A stretch of DNA of 64,000 nt, taken from Candidatus Uhrbacteria bacterium. Its GTDB lineage: Bacteria; Patescibacteriota; Patescibacteriia; UBA9934; GWF2-40-263. Position 1 is the first letter of the stretch; each line of letters opens with the position of its first letter. Under the pieces are notes generated by a model, which had not been told where the DNA came from, made no database searches, and was given only the letters and a program-made list of their open reading frames with translations. The stretch is from contig JACRJU010000015.1 in assembly GCA_016219925.1 (NCBI GenBank), positions 4,672 through 68,671 of the forward strand. Direction: 5' to 3'. Below are positions 1 through 9,809 of the stretch, in pieces. Made by a program: the position numbers and the translations under genes.

Positions 1-1
1 T

Positions 2-1111
2 ATGTTTGCGAGCCGTTTGCAGGGGGCCGTTTATCGGCATTGCTTTAAACCTATTGCTTTTCGTTTTGATGCGGAGTCTGTTCATGATTGCCTGACGAAA
101 ATGGGGGCGTGGATGGGTCGGCACCCTTCGCTTCGTAAGACTGCCGGTCAGTTATGGCATTATGAACACCCCGCTTTGCGCCAACAGGTTTGCGGGATTT
201 CGTTTGAGAATCCCGTTGGCCTCACGGCGGGGTTTGATAAAGACGGCCTGCTCACGGATATTTTGCCAGAGGTGGGCTTCGGTTTTGCGGAGATTGGTTC
301 AGTGACGGGGCGACCCTGTTCGGGAAATCCGCGCCCGCGACTTTGGCGCCTGCCGCACAGTCGGGCGCTGCTGGTTTATTATGGGTTAAAAAATGAAGGA
401 TGTGAGACCGTGGCGCACCGGCTCGCGCAGTCGCGGCGGCGCATCCCTCTCGGAGTCAGTATTGCCAGAACCAACGATCAGATAGCCTGCACGTTGGAGA
501 TGGGTGTTGAGGATTATCGACACTCCTTCAAAACGGTTGAACCGGTCTGTGACTATTTGACGGTCAATATCAGCTGTCCGAATGCGTTTGGCGGAGAACC
601 GTTTACCCATCCCGATCGGCTTGATTTTTTGCTTAGAGCTCTTGATGAAATCCAAACAATCAAACCGGTTTTTCTAAAAATGCCGGCGGATCTTTCCTTA
701 AGCGAAGCGGAAGAACTCGCGACGGTTGCGCTTACACATCGCGTTCACGGTTTTATTTTTTCCAACCTGACAAAGCGTCGCGATACTCCCGCGATTAGTC
801 CACGCGACTCTTTCGCGTCTGCGAAGGGCGGAATCAGCGGACGACCCGTGTTTGAACCGTCCAATCGGTTGTTAAAGCATTTTTATAGATCCTATGGCGC
901 GCGCTTCACGCTGATCGGATCCGGGGGAGTCTTTTCAGCGGACGATGCTTATGAGAAAATTTGTTCAGGAGCGACTCTTATTCAACTCGCCACCGGGATG
1001 ATCTTTGAAGGTCCACAGGTGATCGGACAGATCAATAAAGGCGTGGTGGAGCGGCTCGAACGCGACGGTTTCACCTCTGTTTCCCAAGCGGTCGGCGCTT
1101 ATCTTCGTTAA
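2..1111 (+). CDS. pyrD: Dihydroorotate dehydrogenase (quinone), class 2; 5' end truncated by the window edge
   Basis: The translation has the motifs GFGFAEIGSVT and NPRPRLWRL and a C-terminal FMN-binding GSGGV region typical of PyrD. The ORF is already open at base 2. Confidence 0.8.
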   Translation: MFASRLQGAVYRHCFKPIAFRFDAESVHDCLTKMGAWMGRHPSLRKTAGQLWHYEHPALRQQVCGISFENPVGLTAGFDKDGLLTDILPEVGFGFAEIGSVTGRPCSGNPRPRLWRLPHSRALLVYYGLKNEGCETVAHRLAQSRRRIPLGVSIARTNDQIACTLEMGVEDYRHSFKTVEPVCDYLTVNISCPNAFGGEPFTHPDRLDFLLRALDEIQTIKPVFLKMPADLSLSEAEELATVALTHRVHGFIFSNLTKRRDTPAISPRDSFASAKGGISGRPVFEPSNRLLKHFYRSYGARFTLIGSGGVFSADDAYEKICSGATLIQLATGMIFEGPQVIGQINKGVVERLERDGFTSVSQAVGAYLR

Positions 1112-1117
1112 GGGATT

Positions 1118-2017
1118 ATGGCAAAAGTAACGTTTATTGGACTTGGAGAGATTGGCGGAGCGATAGCTCATGTGATTGGGTTACGCGCGAAAATTTGTGC
1201 ATGGGATAAAGACCCGGCAAAAGTTCTTGGGGGAGTGCGCTCAATGGAGGAAGCGTTAAGCGGAGCCGATGTGGTTTTTTTGTGTATCCCCTCTTGGGTC
1301 ATACGAGATGTGGCGACACAAGCGGCTGGGTATCTGTCTCCCCAGACGATTGTGATTTCGTTGGCGAAGGGTTTGGAAGCCGACTCGCTCAAAACAATGG
1401 ACGTGGTTTTGCAGGAGGTGTTGCCGGAATATACCGTTGGGGTGATGGGCGGCCCCCTTCTTGCTGAAGAACTGATGGCTGACCTGCCGGGAGTGGGAGT
1501 GCTTGGCGCGAAGAAAGCTGACGCCTTTCAAGTTTTACAACCTCTTTTTGCAGATTCAAATTTACGTCTTGAATACACAAATGATTCAACCGCCGTTGCC
1601 CATGCGTCTGTTTTGAAAAACATCTATGCCGTGGCCTTGGGCATCGCCGAGGGTCTTGGCTGGGGGTGGAATGGCAAAGGTTGGCTTGCGGCGCGCGGAC
1701 TTAAAGAGATGAAAGAGATCATGGCTCATCTTAAATGCGATGTTTCGGTTGCTTCCGGCACGGCTGGAGCTGGTGACTTTCTCGCTACGGCCTTAAGCCC
1801 CGATTCGTTTAATCGCACAACCGGTCTTTCGATTGCTAAAACCGGAGAATGTACACAGCCCAGTGAAGGATGCCGAGCGGTAGCCTCTGTCATTTCACGG
1901 CTCGGCAAAAAAGACGCGGATCTCCCGATTCTCTTTTCTCTTGATCGCATTATCAACCAACATGAATCTCCAAAAACCGCTTTTCAAAATTTGTTCGCGT
2001 CCGAAGACGCGACGTAA
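1118..2017 (+). CDS. NAD(P)-dependent glycerol-3-phosphate dehydrogenase-like oxidoreductase
   Basis: There is an N-terminal Rossmann motif (FIGLGEIGGAIA). The C-terminal helical domain, with ARGLKEMKEI, resembles the GpsA motif TRGLAEM. The gene is adjacent to an FGGY kinase. Confidence 0.5.
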   Translation: MAKVTFIGLGEIGGAIAHVIGLRAKICAWDKDPAKVLGGVRSMEEALSGADVVFLCIPSWVIRDVATQAAGYLSPQTIVISLAKGLEADSLKTMDVVLQEVLPEYTVGVMGGPLLAEELMADLPGVGVLGAKKADAFQVLQPLFADSNLRLEYTNDSTAVAHASVLKNIYAVALGIAEGLGWGWNGKGWLAARGLKEMKEIMAHLKCDVSVASGTAGAGDFLATALSPDSFNRTTGLSIAKTGECTQPSEGCRAVASVISRLGKKDADLPILFSLDRIINQHESPKTAFQNLFASEDAT

Positions 2018-3176
2018 AGGCCATGTCCTTGTTCTAGACGCCGGGACGACCGGAGTCAAAGCTTTTGTTTTCAATGCGCAGGGAGATATTCTGGCCAAAG
2101 CCTATCGTCCACTCAAAAAATCTCGGCCAAAAAATGGCTGGGTTGAGCAGGATCCTCTTGAGATTTTGGGCTGCTGCCGCATGGTCATTCAAGAGGCGGT
2201 ACAATCTTCTGCGGTCGTCGTTTCAAGCATTCGAGGGATGGGAATAACCAATCAACGTGAGGCAACGGTCGTTTGGAATCGCCAGACAGGCAAGCCCGTC
2301 TATCCCATGATTGGTTGGGAAGATCAGCGCACACGCACCTTCTGCACGATCCTTAGGAAGGAGCACGGAAAAGCCATTCAGGAAAAAACCGGCCTGGAAG
2401 TCCTGCCATATTTTTCTGCTTCTAAATTGAAATGGATTTTGGAGCGTCATGACTTTTCGACCCTGTTGTTCGGGACGCTCGATACATGGCTTCTTTGGAA
2501 TCTTTGCGATGAGCATCCGCATTTGACGGATGAAACCAACGCGGCACGCACCCTTTTGTATGATATCGGCAAGCGCAAATGGGATGCTCAACTTTTTGAT
2601 TGGTTTGGGATTCGTCCTGACGTCCTGCCTCGAGTGATGCCTTCGCGTAGTTGCTTCGGTCACCTCGCAAAAGACATTATCGGTAAACCGATCTCCATCC
2701 TTGCCATGTGTGGGGACCAACAAGCAAGCACTTATGCCGCGTTGCGCATAAAAGGTGTTCAAAAGAATCATGTCACCAAAGTGACCTATGGAACAGGAGT
2801 TTTTTTGGTGCAAGTGATCGGACGAAAGATGCAGATTCACGCGCCATTTTTTACAACGCTGATGCCGGCTGTTGGTAAGGGAAGCGTGTTTGCGTTGGAA
2901 GCAAAGATTGAAGGAAGTGGGGAAACCGTGACACGACTTTTGAAGTACCCAAAATCATTAGAACGATATTTTAAAAATTTGACAAAAAAAGTTAATCATC
3001 TCGTTGTTCAGCTTCCTGTCAGGCCAAGGCAGATGGTGGTTGATGGAGGTGTGGCGCGTGATGGGATTGTTGTTGAAATTCAAGAGCGAGCAACGGGCAT
3101 TGAAACCTGTTTGCAGACGCCATTTGATGGGACGGCGCTTGGGTGTGCTCTGCTTGTTTGGGACGCTGTTCATTGA
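1941..3176 (+). CDS. FGGY-family carbohydrate kinase (glycerol kinase-like, shorter than canonical GlpK)
   Basis: The N-terminal motif VLVLDAGTTGVKAFVF matches FGGY kinases, and the sequence WVEQDPLEI is characteristic. The start is uncertain: the ORF overlaps the upstream gene, and the next in-frame Met is at 1962. Confidence 0.55.
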   Translation: MIALSTNMNLQKPLFKICSRPKTRRKGHVLVLDAGTTGVKAFVFNAQGDILAKAYRPLKKSRPKNGWVEQDPLEILGCCRMVIQEAVQSSAVVVSSIRGMGITNQREATVVWNRQTGKPVYPMIGWEDQRTRTFCTILRKEHGKAIQEKTGLEVLPYFSASKLKWILERHDFSTLLFGTLDTWLLWNLCDEHPHLTDETNAARTLLYDIGKRKWDAQLFDWFGIRPDVLPRVMPSRSCFGHLAKDIIGKPISILAMCGDQQASTYAALRIKGVQKNHVTKVTYGTGVFLVQVIGRKMQIHAPFFTTLMPAVGKGSVFALEAKIEGSGETVTRLLKYPKSLERYFKNLTKKVNHLVVQLPVRPRQMVVDGGVARDGIVVEIQERATGIETCLQTPFDGTALGCALLVWDAVH

Positions 3177-3234
3177 CGGCGACCCGATTTTGTGCTATAT
3201 TGTATGCGGCAATCACGCCTCTGAAGGGAACAAC

Positions 3235-3522
3235 ATGCACTCGGACCGGACTCTCATCGGTGCCCTCGTCCTCGTGACGGTCTTCGCCGTCAGCCTCCTC
3301 GGCTACGACATTTGGCAGCTCGCCACCGGAACGGTGGACCTCAACAAGCACATTCCGTTGATGGTGCCGCTCGCGCTCGGTTCGATCGTCGCCTGCGGGG
3401 TCGTGGTCATCCGTCACGATCGTCCCGCGCGCGCGGCCGTATTCGCGCATGTGCGCAAGGACTCGGCGTTCCACTCCGAGAATCTGCCTACCGAGCGAGC
3501 TGCTCCCGCCCACATCGAGTAG
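3235..3522 (+). CDS. Small hypothetical membrane protein in a GC-rich island
   Basis: An internal ATG at 3235 follows a GAAGGGAA RBS-like stretch. The product is 95 aa with two predicted TM helices. The region is visibly GC-rich relative to its flanks. A hairpin followed by a T-run sits downstream at 3551-3588. Confidence 0.4.
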   Translation: MHSDRTLIGALVLVTVFAVSLLGYDIWQLATGTVDLNKHIPLMVPLALGSIVACGVVVIRHDRPARAAVFAHVRKDSAFHSENLPTERAAPAHIE

Positions 3523-3598
3523 CGCCGGACATCCCGGCCACCTCCCCCTCTGATGATCACCCTTCCGGTGGTCATTTTCTTTTTTTACTCTTGCGCGT

Positions 3599-3961
3599 AT
3601 GATACGAGAGGTTATGCTGCGAAATGTACAGTTTTCACGCGTCATGGCGGCTCTCTTGATTGGGTTGATTTTTGTTCCTTCCGCGCATGTGTTTGCGGCT
3701 CACATGTCGATGCCGATGGACTGCGAGCGAGGCACGCCGTGTCCACTCGTTGCACCGACCGGTTGTATTGACTTATGTGTGCGCACATATGAAGCGCAAA
3801 AAGAAGTCGCTTTGGGAAAAACCTTGCCTTCCGGAATGTTCGGGCAAACGACGCCAGTTTCCCGCGTCTTTCCGATCGAGCCAACTCTACCGATTTTTTA
3901 TCAACGCCTTTTCTTTCCCCAAGGGACAGATCTCTCTTTATTGCGCCAGCGGCGTAATTGA
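3599..3961 (+). CDS. Small secreted Met/Cys-rich protein (possible copper-binding periplasmic protein)
   Basis: It has a signal-peptide-like N-terminus (MAALLIGLIFVPSAHVFAA) followed by HMSMPMDCERGTPCPL. It lies directly upstream of the HMA-domain protein and copA. Start choice between 3599, 3614 and 3644 is uncertain. Confidence 0.4.
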   Translation: MIREVMLRNVQFSRVMAALLIGLIFVPSAHVFAAHMSMPMDCERGTPCPLVAPTGCIDLCVRTYEAQKEVALGKTLPSGMFGQTTPVSRVFPIEPTLPIFYQRLFFPQGTDLSLLRQRRN

Positions 3962-4002
3962 TCAAAACCGGTTTTTGTAAGGAGATTCATTCTTAACCGG
4001 TT

Positions 4003-5358
4003 TTGTGTATGGCTCAAAAGTATGATTTTGAATTAAGGGGGACCACCTGCCAGAGTTGCGAGGTCGTCATTGAGCGCGATCTCTCTACTCTTGGTGGAGT
4101 TCAACATGTGAGTGCTTCTCACAACACAGGACGTCTAACGATTGAGACGTTTGAGGTTGCTAATGAGGAAAAATTGCTCAGACGCATCAACGAACGATTG
4201 GGTCCTCATGGGTATCAGGCATCGGAAGAATATTCCCGTCAAAAAATTCAAGCCCCATGGAATCTGTCGCGCATTGGCGGCGCTTTGGTTTTGATTCTTG
4301 CGGTGTATGTGATTTTTAAGTGGATGGGATTGTCGACGTTCTCGCCGCAGGCAGAGTCGGCAGGAGGATTGTTCGCGATTTTTGCCATTGGACTGGTCGC
4401 TTCGGTTTCGTCCTGTACCGCTGTTGTTATTGGTTTGCTCGCGGCGGTTTCGTCTGCAAAAGCTAAAGAACAAGCTCACGTCTCATCCAAAGATCGTTTA
4501 CGCCCACATTTTTTATTTAACATCGGCCGCATCGTTGGGTTTGCCGTTTTTGGCGCGCTGATTGGTCTAATCGGTTCGGCCTTTCAACTTTCAACGACGC
4601 TCAACGGTCTTTTCGTCATTGTCATCGCGCTGGTGATGATGAGTCTCGGATTGCATCTGCTTGATGTGGTGCCTTCCCATTTTGCTCGGCTCGCGCCACC
4701 AAAGTGGCTGTCGCATCGCATCCACGCCTTGCAAGATAGTAAGCATCCGGCCGTGCCGTTTGTGTTGGGAGCACTCACGTTTTTTCTTCCATGCGGATTC
4801 ACCCAGTCCATGCAGTTGTATGCACTTTCGCTCGGTAATCCCCTGCAGGCCGCTTTGGTGATGGCCGTATTTGCGCTTGGAACCGCGCCTGCGCTTTTAA
4901 GCGTTGGAATCTTAACTTCTGTTGCGAAAGGCAAAACCCTTCAACGAGTGATGCGCGTTGCCGGTGCCGTTGTGGTGGTGCTTGGTCTGACGAACATGCA
5001 AAACGGTGCGGCTTTGTTTGGAATGAATTTTTCGCCGAAGCATACATCCGCGGCGTCTCCTTCCGCAACGCTCTTGCAAGGAGGGCAGCAATATATCCAA
5101 ATGGAAGTGACATCGCGATCCACCTACGAACCTGATACGCTTGAGGTCATCGAGGGGGTGCCGGTTGAATGGCAGGTGTATGGGTCCAAATCTATGGGAT
5201 GCGCCAGCACGCTTGTTCAAAGGGATTTCGGCGTGCAAACGCGCCTACAGCCCGGCATTAACACCATTCGCTTCACCCCAAACAAAGTTGGAAACTTTTT
5301 ATTCAGCTGTTCGATGGGAATGGTGCGCGGAACGCTGATCGTTAAGCCGCGGGGATAA
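4003..5358 (+). CDS. Heavy-metal-associated (HMA) domain fused to a DsbD/CcdA-like transmembrane core and a C-terminal cupredoxin-like domain
   Basis: The N-terminus has a TCQSC metal-binding CxxC in an HMA-like fold. A polytopic membrane core carries paired Cys motifs (SSCTAV and FLPCGF) like the DsbD_2/CcdA family. The C-terminal ~90 aa form a beta-rich domain with a CSMGM motif. Confidence 0.55.
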   Translation: MCMAQKYDFELRGTTCQSCEVVIERDLSTLGGVQHVSASHNTGRLTIETFEVANEEKLLRRINERLGPHGYQASEEYSRQKIQAPWNLSRIGGALVLILAVYVIFKWMGLSTFSPQAESAGGLFAIFAIGLVASVSSCTAVVIGLLAAVSSAKAKEQAHVSSKDRLRPHFLFNIGRIVGFAVFGALIGLIGSAFQLSTTLNGLFVIVIALVMMSLGLHLLDVVPSHFARLAPPKWLSHRIHALQDSKHPAVPFVLGALTFFLPCGFTQSMQLYALSLGNPLQAALVMAVFALGTAPALLSVGILTSVAKGKTLQRVMRVAGAVVVVLGLTNMQNGAALFGMNFSPKHTSAASPSATLLQGGQQYIQMEVTSRSTYEPDTLEVIEGVPVEWQVYGSKSMGCASTLVQRDFGVQTRLQPGINTIRFTPNKVGNFLFSCSMGMVRGTLIVKPRG

Positions 5359-5456
5359 AGGCCTCGCTATCCAGTGATTATTTCTAAACCATCACCACGT
5401 GGCACCGGCCAAGAATAGGAGCCGTCTCTGTTCGTCACCATCTTCTCATTTATCCT

Positions 5457-7658
5457 ATGTCAAAAATTACATTCAATATTGAAGGCATGCACTGCGCGTC
5501 GTGTGCCATCAAAATCGAAGGGCAACTGAAAAAAGTTCCCGGCGTGCAAGAAGCGAACGTCAATTATGCTCTTGCAGAAGCCACCATAGATTTTGATGGA
5601 GATAAGACGAGTGTTCAAGCGCTTCATGATGTTGTTATCAAAGAAGGTTACAAAGTCGTCGAACCACCCCAAGTCAACCAGGACGGTCATCCGGGAAACC
5701 ATGAGCCCGGCGGCAAACACGCCCATCACGCGGGCGGGACAAAATCCGAAGTCGCTGTACGGGCAACCGTCGCGCTTGTGATTGCGGTGCCAGTGCTCGT
5801 GATCGCGATGGCGAAATTGAAGTTCGGCCCCATTTTGTTCGGTGAATTGTTTTCGGATTGGATCGAATCCATTGGTTCAACGATCGTCGTGCTTGGGCCT
5901 GGCATGGTGTTTCATAAGGCGGCTTGGCGCTCTCTGCTTCGCATGAGCGCGAATATGGATACGTTGATTTCACTGGGAACGCTCGTGGCGCTCGTGTTTA
6001 GCTGGTGGGCGTTCTCCGCTGGAAAGCCACGCTATTTTGAAACCGCTGCCATCATTACCGGCTTTATTTTGCTTGGCCGATATTTGGAAGCGCGTAGCAA
6101 AGGCCAAGCCAGCGCGGCTATTCAGAAACTGCTCGAACTGGGCGCGAAGATGGCCCATCAACTTTTGCCGGATGGATCCGTCCAAGATGTTTCGATTGAT
6201 CAGCTTAAAAAAGGCGACCTCGTTATTGTGAAGCCCGGGGAGAAAATTCCCTTGGACGGAATCGTGAAGAAAGGCGATTCGTCTGTTGATGAATCCATGC
6301 TTACAGGCGAGAGCATGCCGATCGAGAAACGAGACGGCGATCAAGTATTTGGAGCGACCTTAAATCAACAAGGAGCATTGACGGTCGAGATTTCGACAGA
6401 AAGCGAGGGGAGTGTCCTTTCGCAAATCATTCGACTCGTCAAAGAAGCCCAACAAAAGAAGGCCCCCATTCAAAAACTCGCTGACCGCATCTCGGGTATT
6501 TTTGTCCCCGTGGTTATTGGGGTGGCGATTGTGACTTTTCTTGTCTGGTTCGGTTTGAGTAAAGATGTTGCTCAATCGCTTATTTCAGCCGTGGCCGTTC
6601 TGGTTATCGCCTGTCCCTGTGCACTTGGATTAGCAACTCCGACGGCTATCCTCGTCGGGACCGGTCGGGGTGCCCGCATGGGGATTCTCATTAAAAACGG
6701 TGAAGCGCTCGAACGCGGTCGCAACCTCAATGTGATCATGTTTGATAAAACCGGGACGCTCACACAAGGCAAGCCCGTGGTGACGGATGTGATTGCTTCT
6801 GGAGCTTCAGATTTTTTGGCTATTGCTGGCGCAGCTGAATCACTCTCTGAACATCCGCTTGCACAGGCTGTGCTTCGAAAAGCCAAGGAGGTCGGTGGCG
6901 CTTTTCCCCAAGCCTCCGGTTTTCAATCTCATACCGGCAAAGGCATTGCCGCGCTGGTAAATGGGAAGACGGTACGCATCGGACAGGAGCGATGGATGGA
7001 ATCGCTTGGGATTCAGCTCTCCTCTGACACCCAAAAGTCTTTGGTTGAACTATCAGGTCAAGGGAAGACGGTCGTGGTAGTGGCGCAAGAACAGACCGTG
7101 CTTGGTTTGCTGGCTATTGCGGATCAGGCCAAACCGGACGCGAAACAAACCGTTGCGCAATTGCGCGCGCGTGGACTGGATGTGGTGATGATTACGGGCG
7201 ATCAGGAGCGCACCGCGCGTGCCATTGCGGCGGAACTCGGCATTGAAGAAGTTCGGGCGCAAGTGTTTCCGGATCAAAAATTGGAGATTGTGAAAGAGGC
7301 ACAACAGTCTGGCAAAAGAGTGGCGTTTGTTGGCGATGGCATCAACGACGCTCCAGCGCTCACGCAAGCTGATCTTGGTATTGCCGTTGGGACGGGCACC
7401 GATATTGCCATCGAAGCCGGCCAGATTGTTCTTGTCGGCGGGGGTCCCGAAAAAGTGATCCAAGCGATTCAGTTGTCTCGCAGGACTTATGCCAATATCA
7501 AACAGAATTTGTTCTGGGCTTTTATCTATAACATCGTGGGTATTCCTCTTGCGGCGATTGGACTGCTCAATCCGATTATCGCTGCGGCGGCCATGGCGTT
7601 TTCGTCCATTTCGGTCGTGCTCAACTCGCTACGTTTGCGCCACGTCAAACTGAAATAA
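5457..7658 (+). CDS. copA: Copper-translocating P1B-type ATPase
   Basis: Present are an N-terminal HMA domain ([13 protein letters not shown]), the CPC motif ([10 protein letters not shown]), DKTGTLT, and GDGINDAP. Confidence 0.9.
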   Translation: MSKITFNIEGMHCASCAIKIEGQLKKVPGVQEANVNYALAEATIDFDGDKTSVQALHDVVIKEGYKVVEPPQVNQDGHPGNHEPGGKHAHHAGGTKSEVAVRATVALVIAVPVLVIAMAKLKFGPILFGELFSDWIESIGSTIVVLGPGMVFHKAAWRSLLRMSANMDTLISLGTLVALVFSWWAFSAGKPRYFETAAIITGFILLGRYLEARSKGQASAAIQKLLELGAKMAHQLLPDGSVQDVSIDQLKKGDLVIVKPGEKIPLDGIVKKGDSSVDESMLTGESMPIEKRDGDQVFGATLNQQGALTVEISTESEGSVLSQIIRLVKEAQQKKAPIQKLADRISGIFVPVVIGVAIVTFLVWFGLSKDVAQSLISAVAVLVIACPCALGLATPTAILVGTGRGARMGILIKNGEALERGRNLNVIMFDKTGTLTQGKPVVTDVIASGASDFLAIAGAAESLSEHPLAQAVLRKAKEVGGAFPQASGFQSHTGKGIAALVNGKTVRIGQERWMESLGIQLSSDTQKSLVELSGQGKTVVVVAQEQTVLGLLAIADQAKPDAKQTVAQLRARGLDVVMITGDQERTARAIAAELGIEEVRAQVFPDQKLEIVKEAQQSGKRVAFVGDGINDAPALTQADLGIAVGTGTDIAIEAGQIVLVGGGPEKVIQAIQLSRRTYANIKQNLFWAFIYNIVGIPLAAIGLLNPIIAAAAMAFSSISVVLNSLRLRHVKLK

Positions 7659-7690
7659 AAAACCAGACGTCTGAGTCTGGCAGCAGCTCG

Positions 7691-8386
7691 TTAGGGGTGA
7701 GCCCGGCGGGCTGTTTTGATTACGTGGCGGTAGGTGCGGACGTAGTCGTAGTTCGACCAGGCTGTCGCGGCCATGATAAGAGCGGTGTCGATCCATCCCA
7801 GAAGCGGACTTCCGATCGGGTTCAGGATCAGGTGGAAAACGAGGATGCCCGGAAAGCAAATGCGTGTGCGCCATTTGCCCGAGCTTCCTGCACTGATCTT
7901 GACGCCGGGCGCTTCACGCAGGGCCCATGCGCGGTGGAACATGCTCGTCGCATCGCGTTCGAAGCTGATCCATGCGATCAGGATCACCTGAACGAAGAAG
8001 ATCGGAGAAGCGCCAGAGAGCACGATGAGCGCCGTGTCGATCGTGATGCCTCCGAGCTTTGTAAGGTACTGCACTTTGTCTGCGTGAGAATCGTACAACT
8101 CACCGAAAGGACTCACGATCCCGAGGCGACGTGCGATCCAGCCGTCCAGCCCATCGCAGATCGCTCCCAATGAAGAGAGCCCGATGCCGACCCAGCGTAG
8201 AACGAACAGGTCAAAGGTCAACTCGTGGCCGGCGAGGAACAGGCAGAAGGTGACGAGCAGGATGAGCAGGCCTAGACGCGAGAGCCACGCGCCGAGGATG
8301 GTGATGTAGTTGGCGGTGTTCTGCCGCGTGAACGAAAGCAATTCTTCGTCGTAGAAGAAATGAGCAAGAGTCGCGATAAAACGCAC
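7691..8386 (-). CDS. CDP-alcohol phosphatidyltransferase family protein (PgsA-like)
   Basis: The motif DGLDGWIARRLG...G...DSHADK matches the CDP-OH phosphotransferase signature D-G-x2-A-R-x8-G-x3-D-x3-D. It is a polytopic membrane protein on a GC-rich segment. Confidence 0.7.
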   Translation of the reverse strand: MRFIATLAHFFYDEELLSFTRQNTANYITILGAWLSRLGLLILLVTFCLFLAGHELTFDLFVLRWVGIGLSSLGAICDGLDGWIARRLGIVSPFGELYDSHADKVQYLTKLGGITIDTALIVLSGASPIFFVQVILIAWISFERDATSMFHRAWALREAPGVKISAGSSGKWRTRICFPGILVFHLILNPIGSPLLGWIDTALIMAATAWSNYDYVRTYRHVIKTARRAHP

Positions 8387-8395
8387 GAGACCTCC

Positions 8396-9361
8396 TTAGA
8401 CCATCAGTCCTTTGAACTCCTCGACCATGGGGACGAGTTCGCTTTCAAGGCCGTAAGCATCTGCGATCGTAATCGCCGTCCAGTCTGCTGTCAACAACGA
8501 ACGAAAAACTTTTTCGAAAGGCTCTTTTCCCACGATGGGTTGGCGCTCGACAGGAAGACCGCGCTTCGTATACAGCCGTTCAAGAATCGCAAAACGTTTT
8601 TGCACGCGCGGATGATCCTGTGCGTCTGTCAAAAAAATGAAATGGAACGGGGCGCAAAGTTTTTTCGTTGCGGCCGTTACATCAAACCCGTTCATTTCAT
8701 TGTGATTGAGTTCGGGGATGACATTAAAGAACGCCGGAATTTTTCCGGTTTCGTTGAATTTGATTTTCCAGTTGTAGGCGATGGCTTGATTGCGCGTGGA
8801 CGAGTAGATCACCGGAATTTTTCCGCGCAATCGTCCAGCCAAATGCTCACCAGTCTTTCGATACATGAGCGGCTTGAGTGTTTTGACCAGACGAGCACTG
8901 TCACGCAATCCTCGTTCATCGCCGAGTAGTTTGAGAAGGGCGCGCAAAGCGAATCCGAGAGCCATGCGTGGTTGGATGCCGGTGTTTGGAATTTCGATAT
9001 AGGGTGCATGATGTTTCTTTGCCAGATCGATGAGTTTTCCCCCCGAGGCAATCACCGCCACAGGCAGTTTATGTTTACGGGCTGTTTCATATCCATCGAG
9101 TGTTTCCTCCGTATTGCCCGAGTATGAGCCAGCGATCACAAGAGGTCGAGAGACACACTCGATGGGAGCGGACAGTCCATAATCGGATGAGATAGAGAGT
9201 GGGAGTTTAGGATGACACAGAAGCGCGAGGTCGGCCGCCAAGTGCGATCCGCCCATGCCGATATAAAAAGCCTGATCAAACGGCTTGAGATGTGAAGCGT
9301 TTTGAACCTTTGGAACGAAGGTGAATTGTTGAGGAAATTGTTTTACTGCGTTGGACATCAT
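8396..9361 (-). CDS. SIS-domain bifunctional phosphoglucose/phosphomannose isomerase (archaeal-type PGI/PMI)
   Basis: The motif IGMGGSHLAADLA is SIS-domain-like. Length and architecture resemble PGI/PMI. I placed the start at MMSNAVKQ (9361) rather than the ORF maximum. Confidence 0.55.
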   Translation of the reverse strand: MMSNAVKQFPQQFTFVPKVQNASHLKPFDQAFYIGMGGSHLAADLALLCHPKLPLSISSDYGLSAPIECVSRPLVIAGSYSGNTEETLDGYETARKHKLPVAVIASGGKLIDLAKKHHAPYIEIPNTGIQPRMALGFALRALLKLLGDERGLRDSARLVKTLKPLMYRKTGEHLAGRLRGKIPVIYSSTRNQAIAYNWKIKFNETGKIPAFFNVIPELNHNEMNGFDVTAATKKLCAPFHFIFLTDAQDHPRVQKRFAILERLYTKRGLPVERQPIVGKEPFEKVFRSLLTADWTAITIADAYGLESELVPMVEEFKGLMV

Positions 9362-9529
9362 AATGCATGTAGTGAGTTTTGATGTTTCATTGTATGTCTT
9401 TGTGTGGCAGGTCAGCAACAGGGATGACAACCGAAAGGGACGGTTTATTTCTGTCTGTGGATATGTTTTCGCATCCACCGAGCGTAAATGCTATACTTTT
9501 AATAATAAATCACGCTTAAGTTTTAACTT

Positions 9530-9748
9530 TTGTCTATGAAAGACGGAAAATGTGGCGTCCATTGCGTTGCTTGGTGGCTCCTTTGGGTGGGAGGCATCAA
9601 CTGGGGACTCGTTGGTCTCTTTGATTGGAACCTCGTTGAAGTCATTTTTGGCTCATGGGGTTGGCTCGTGCGTTTGATCTACATCCTCGTTGGTCTTTCC
9701 GCGCTTCTACTCCTGTTTGATAAGAAGTGCTCGAAGTGCCGTTCCTAA
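9530..9748 (+). CDS. DUF378-family small membrane protein
   Basis: The sequence GINWGLVGLFDWNLVEVIFG is typical of the DUF378/COG2155 family. It is about 70 aa with two TM helices. Confidence 0.55.
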   Translation: MSMKDGKCGVHCVAWWLLWVGGINWGLVGLFDWNLVEVIFGSWGWLVRLIYILVGLSALLLLFDKKCSKCRS

Positions 9749-9809
9749 TCACCTCACCCTCGTATCACAAACGGCCCACCCAGGCCGTTTTGTGGTAAGA
9801 TGGCTCATT

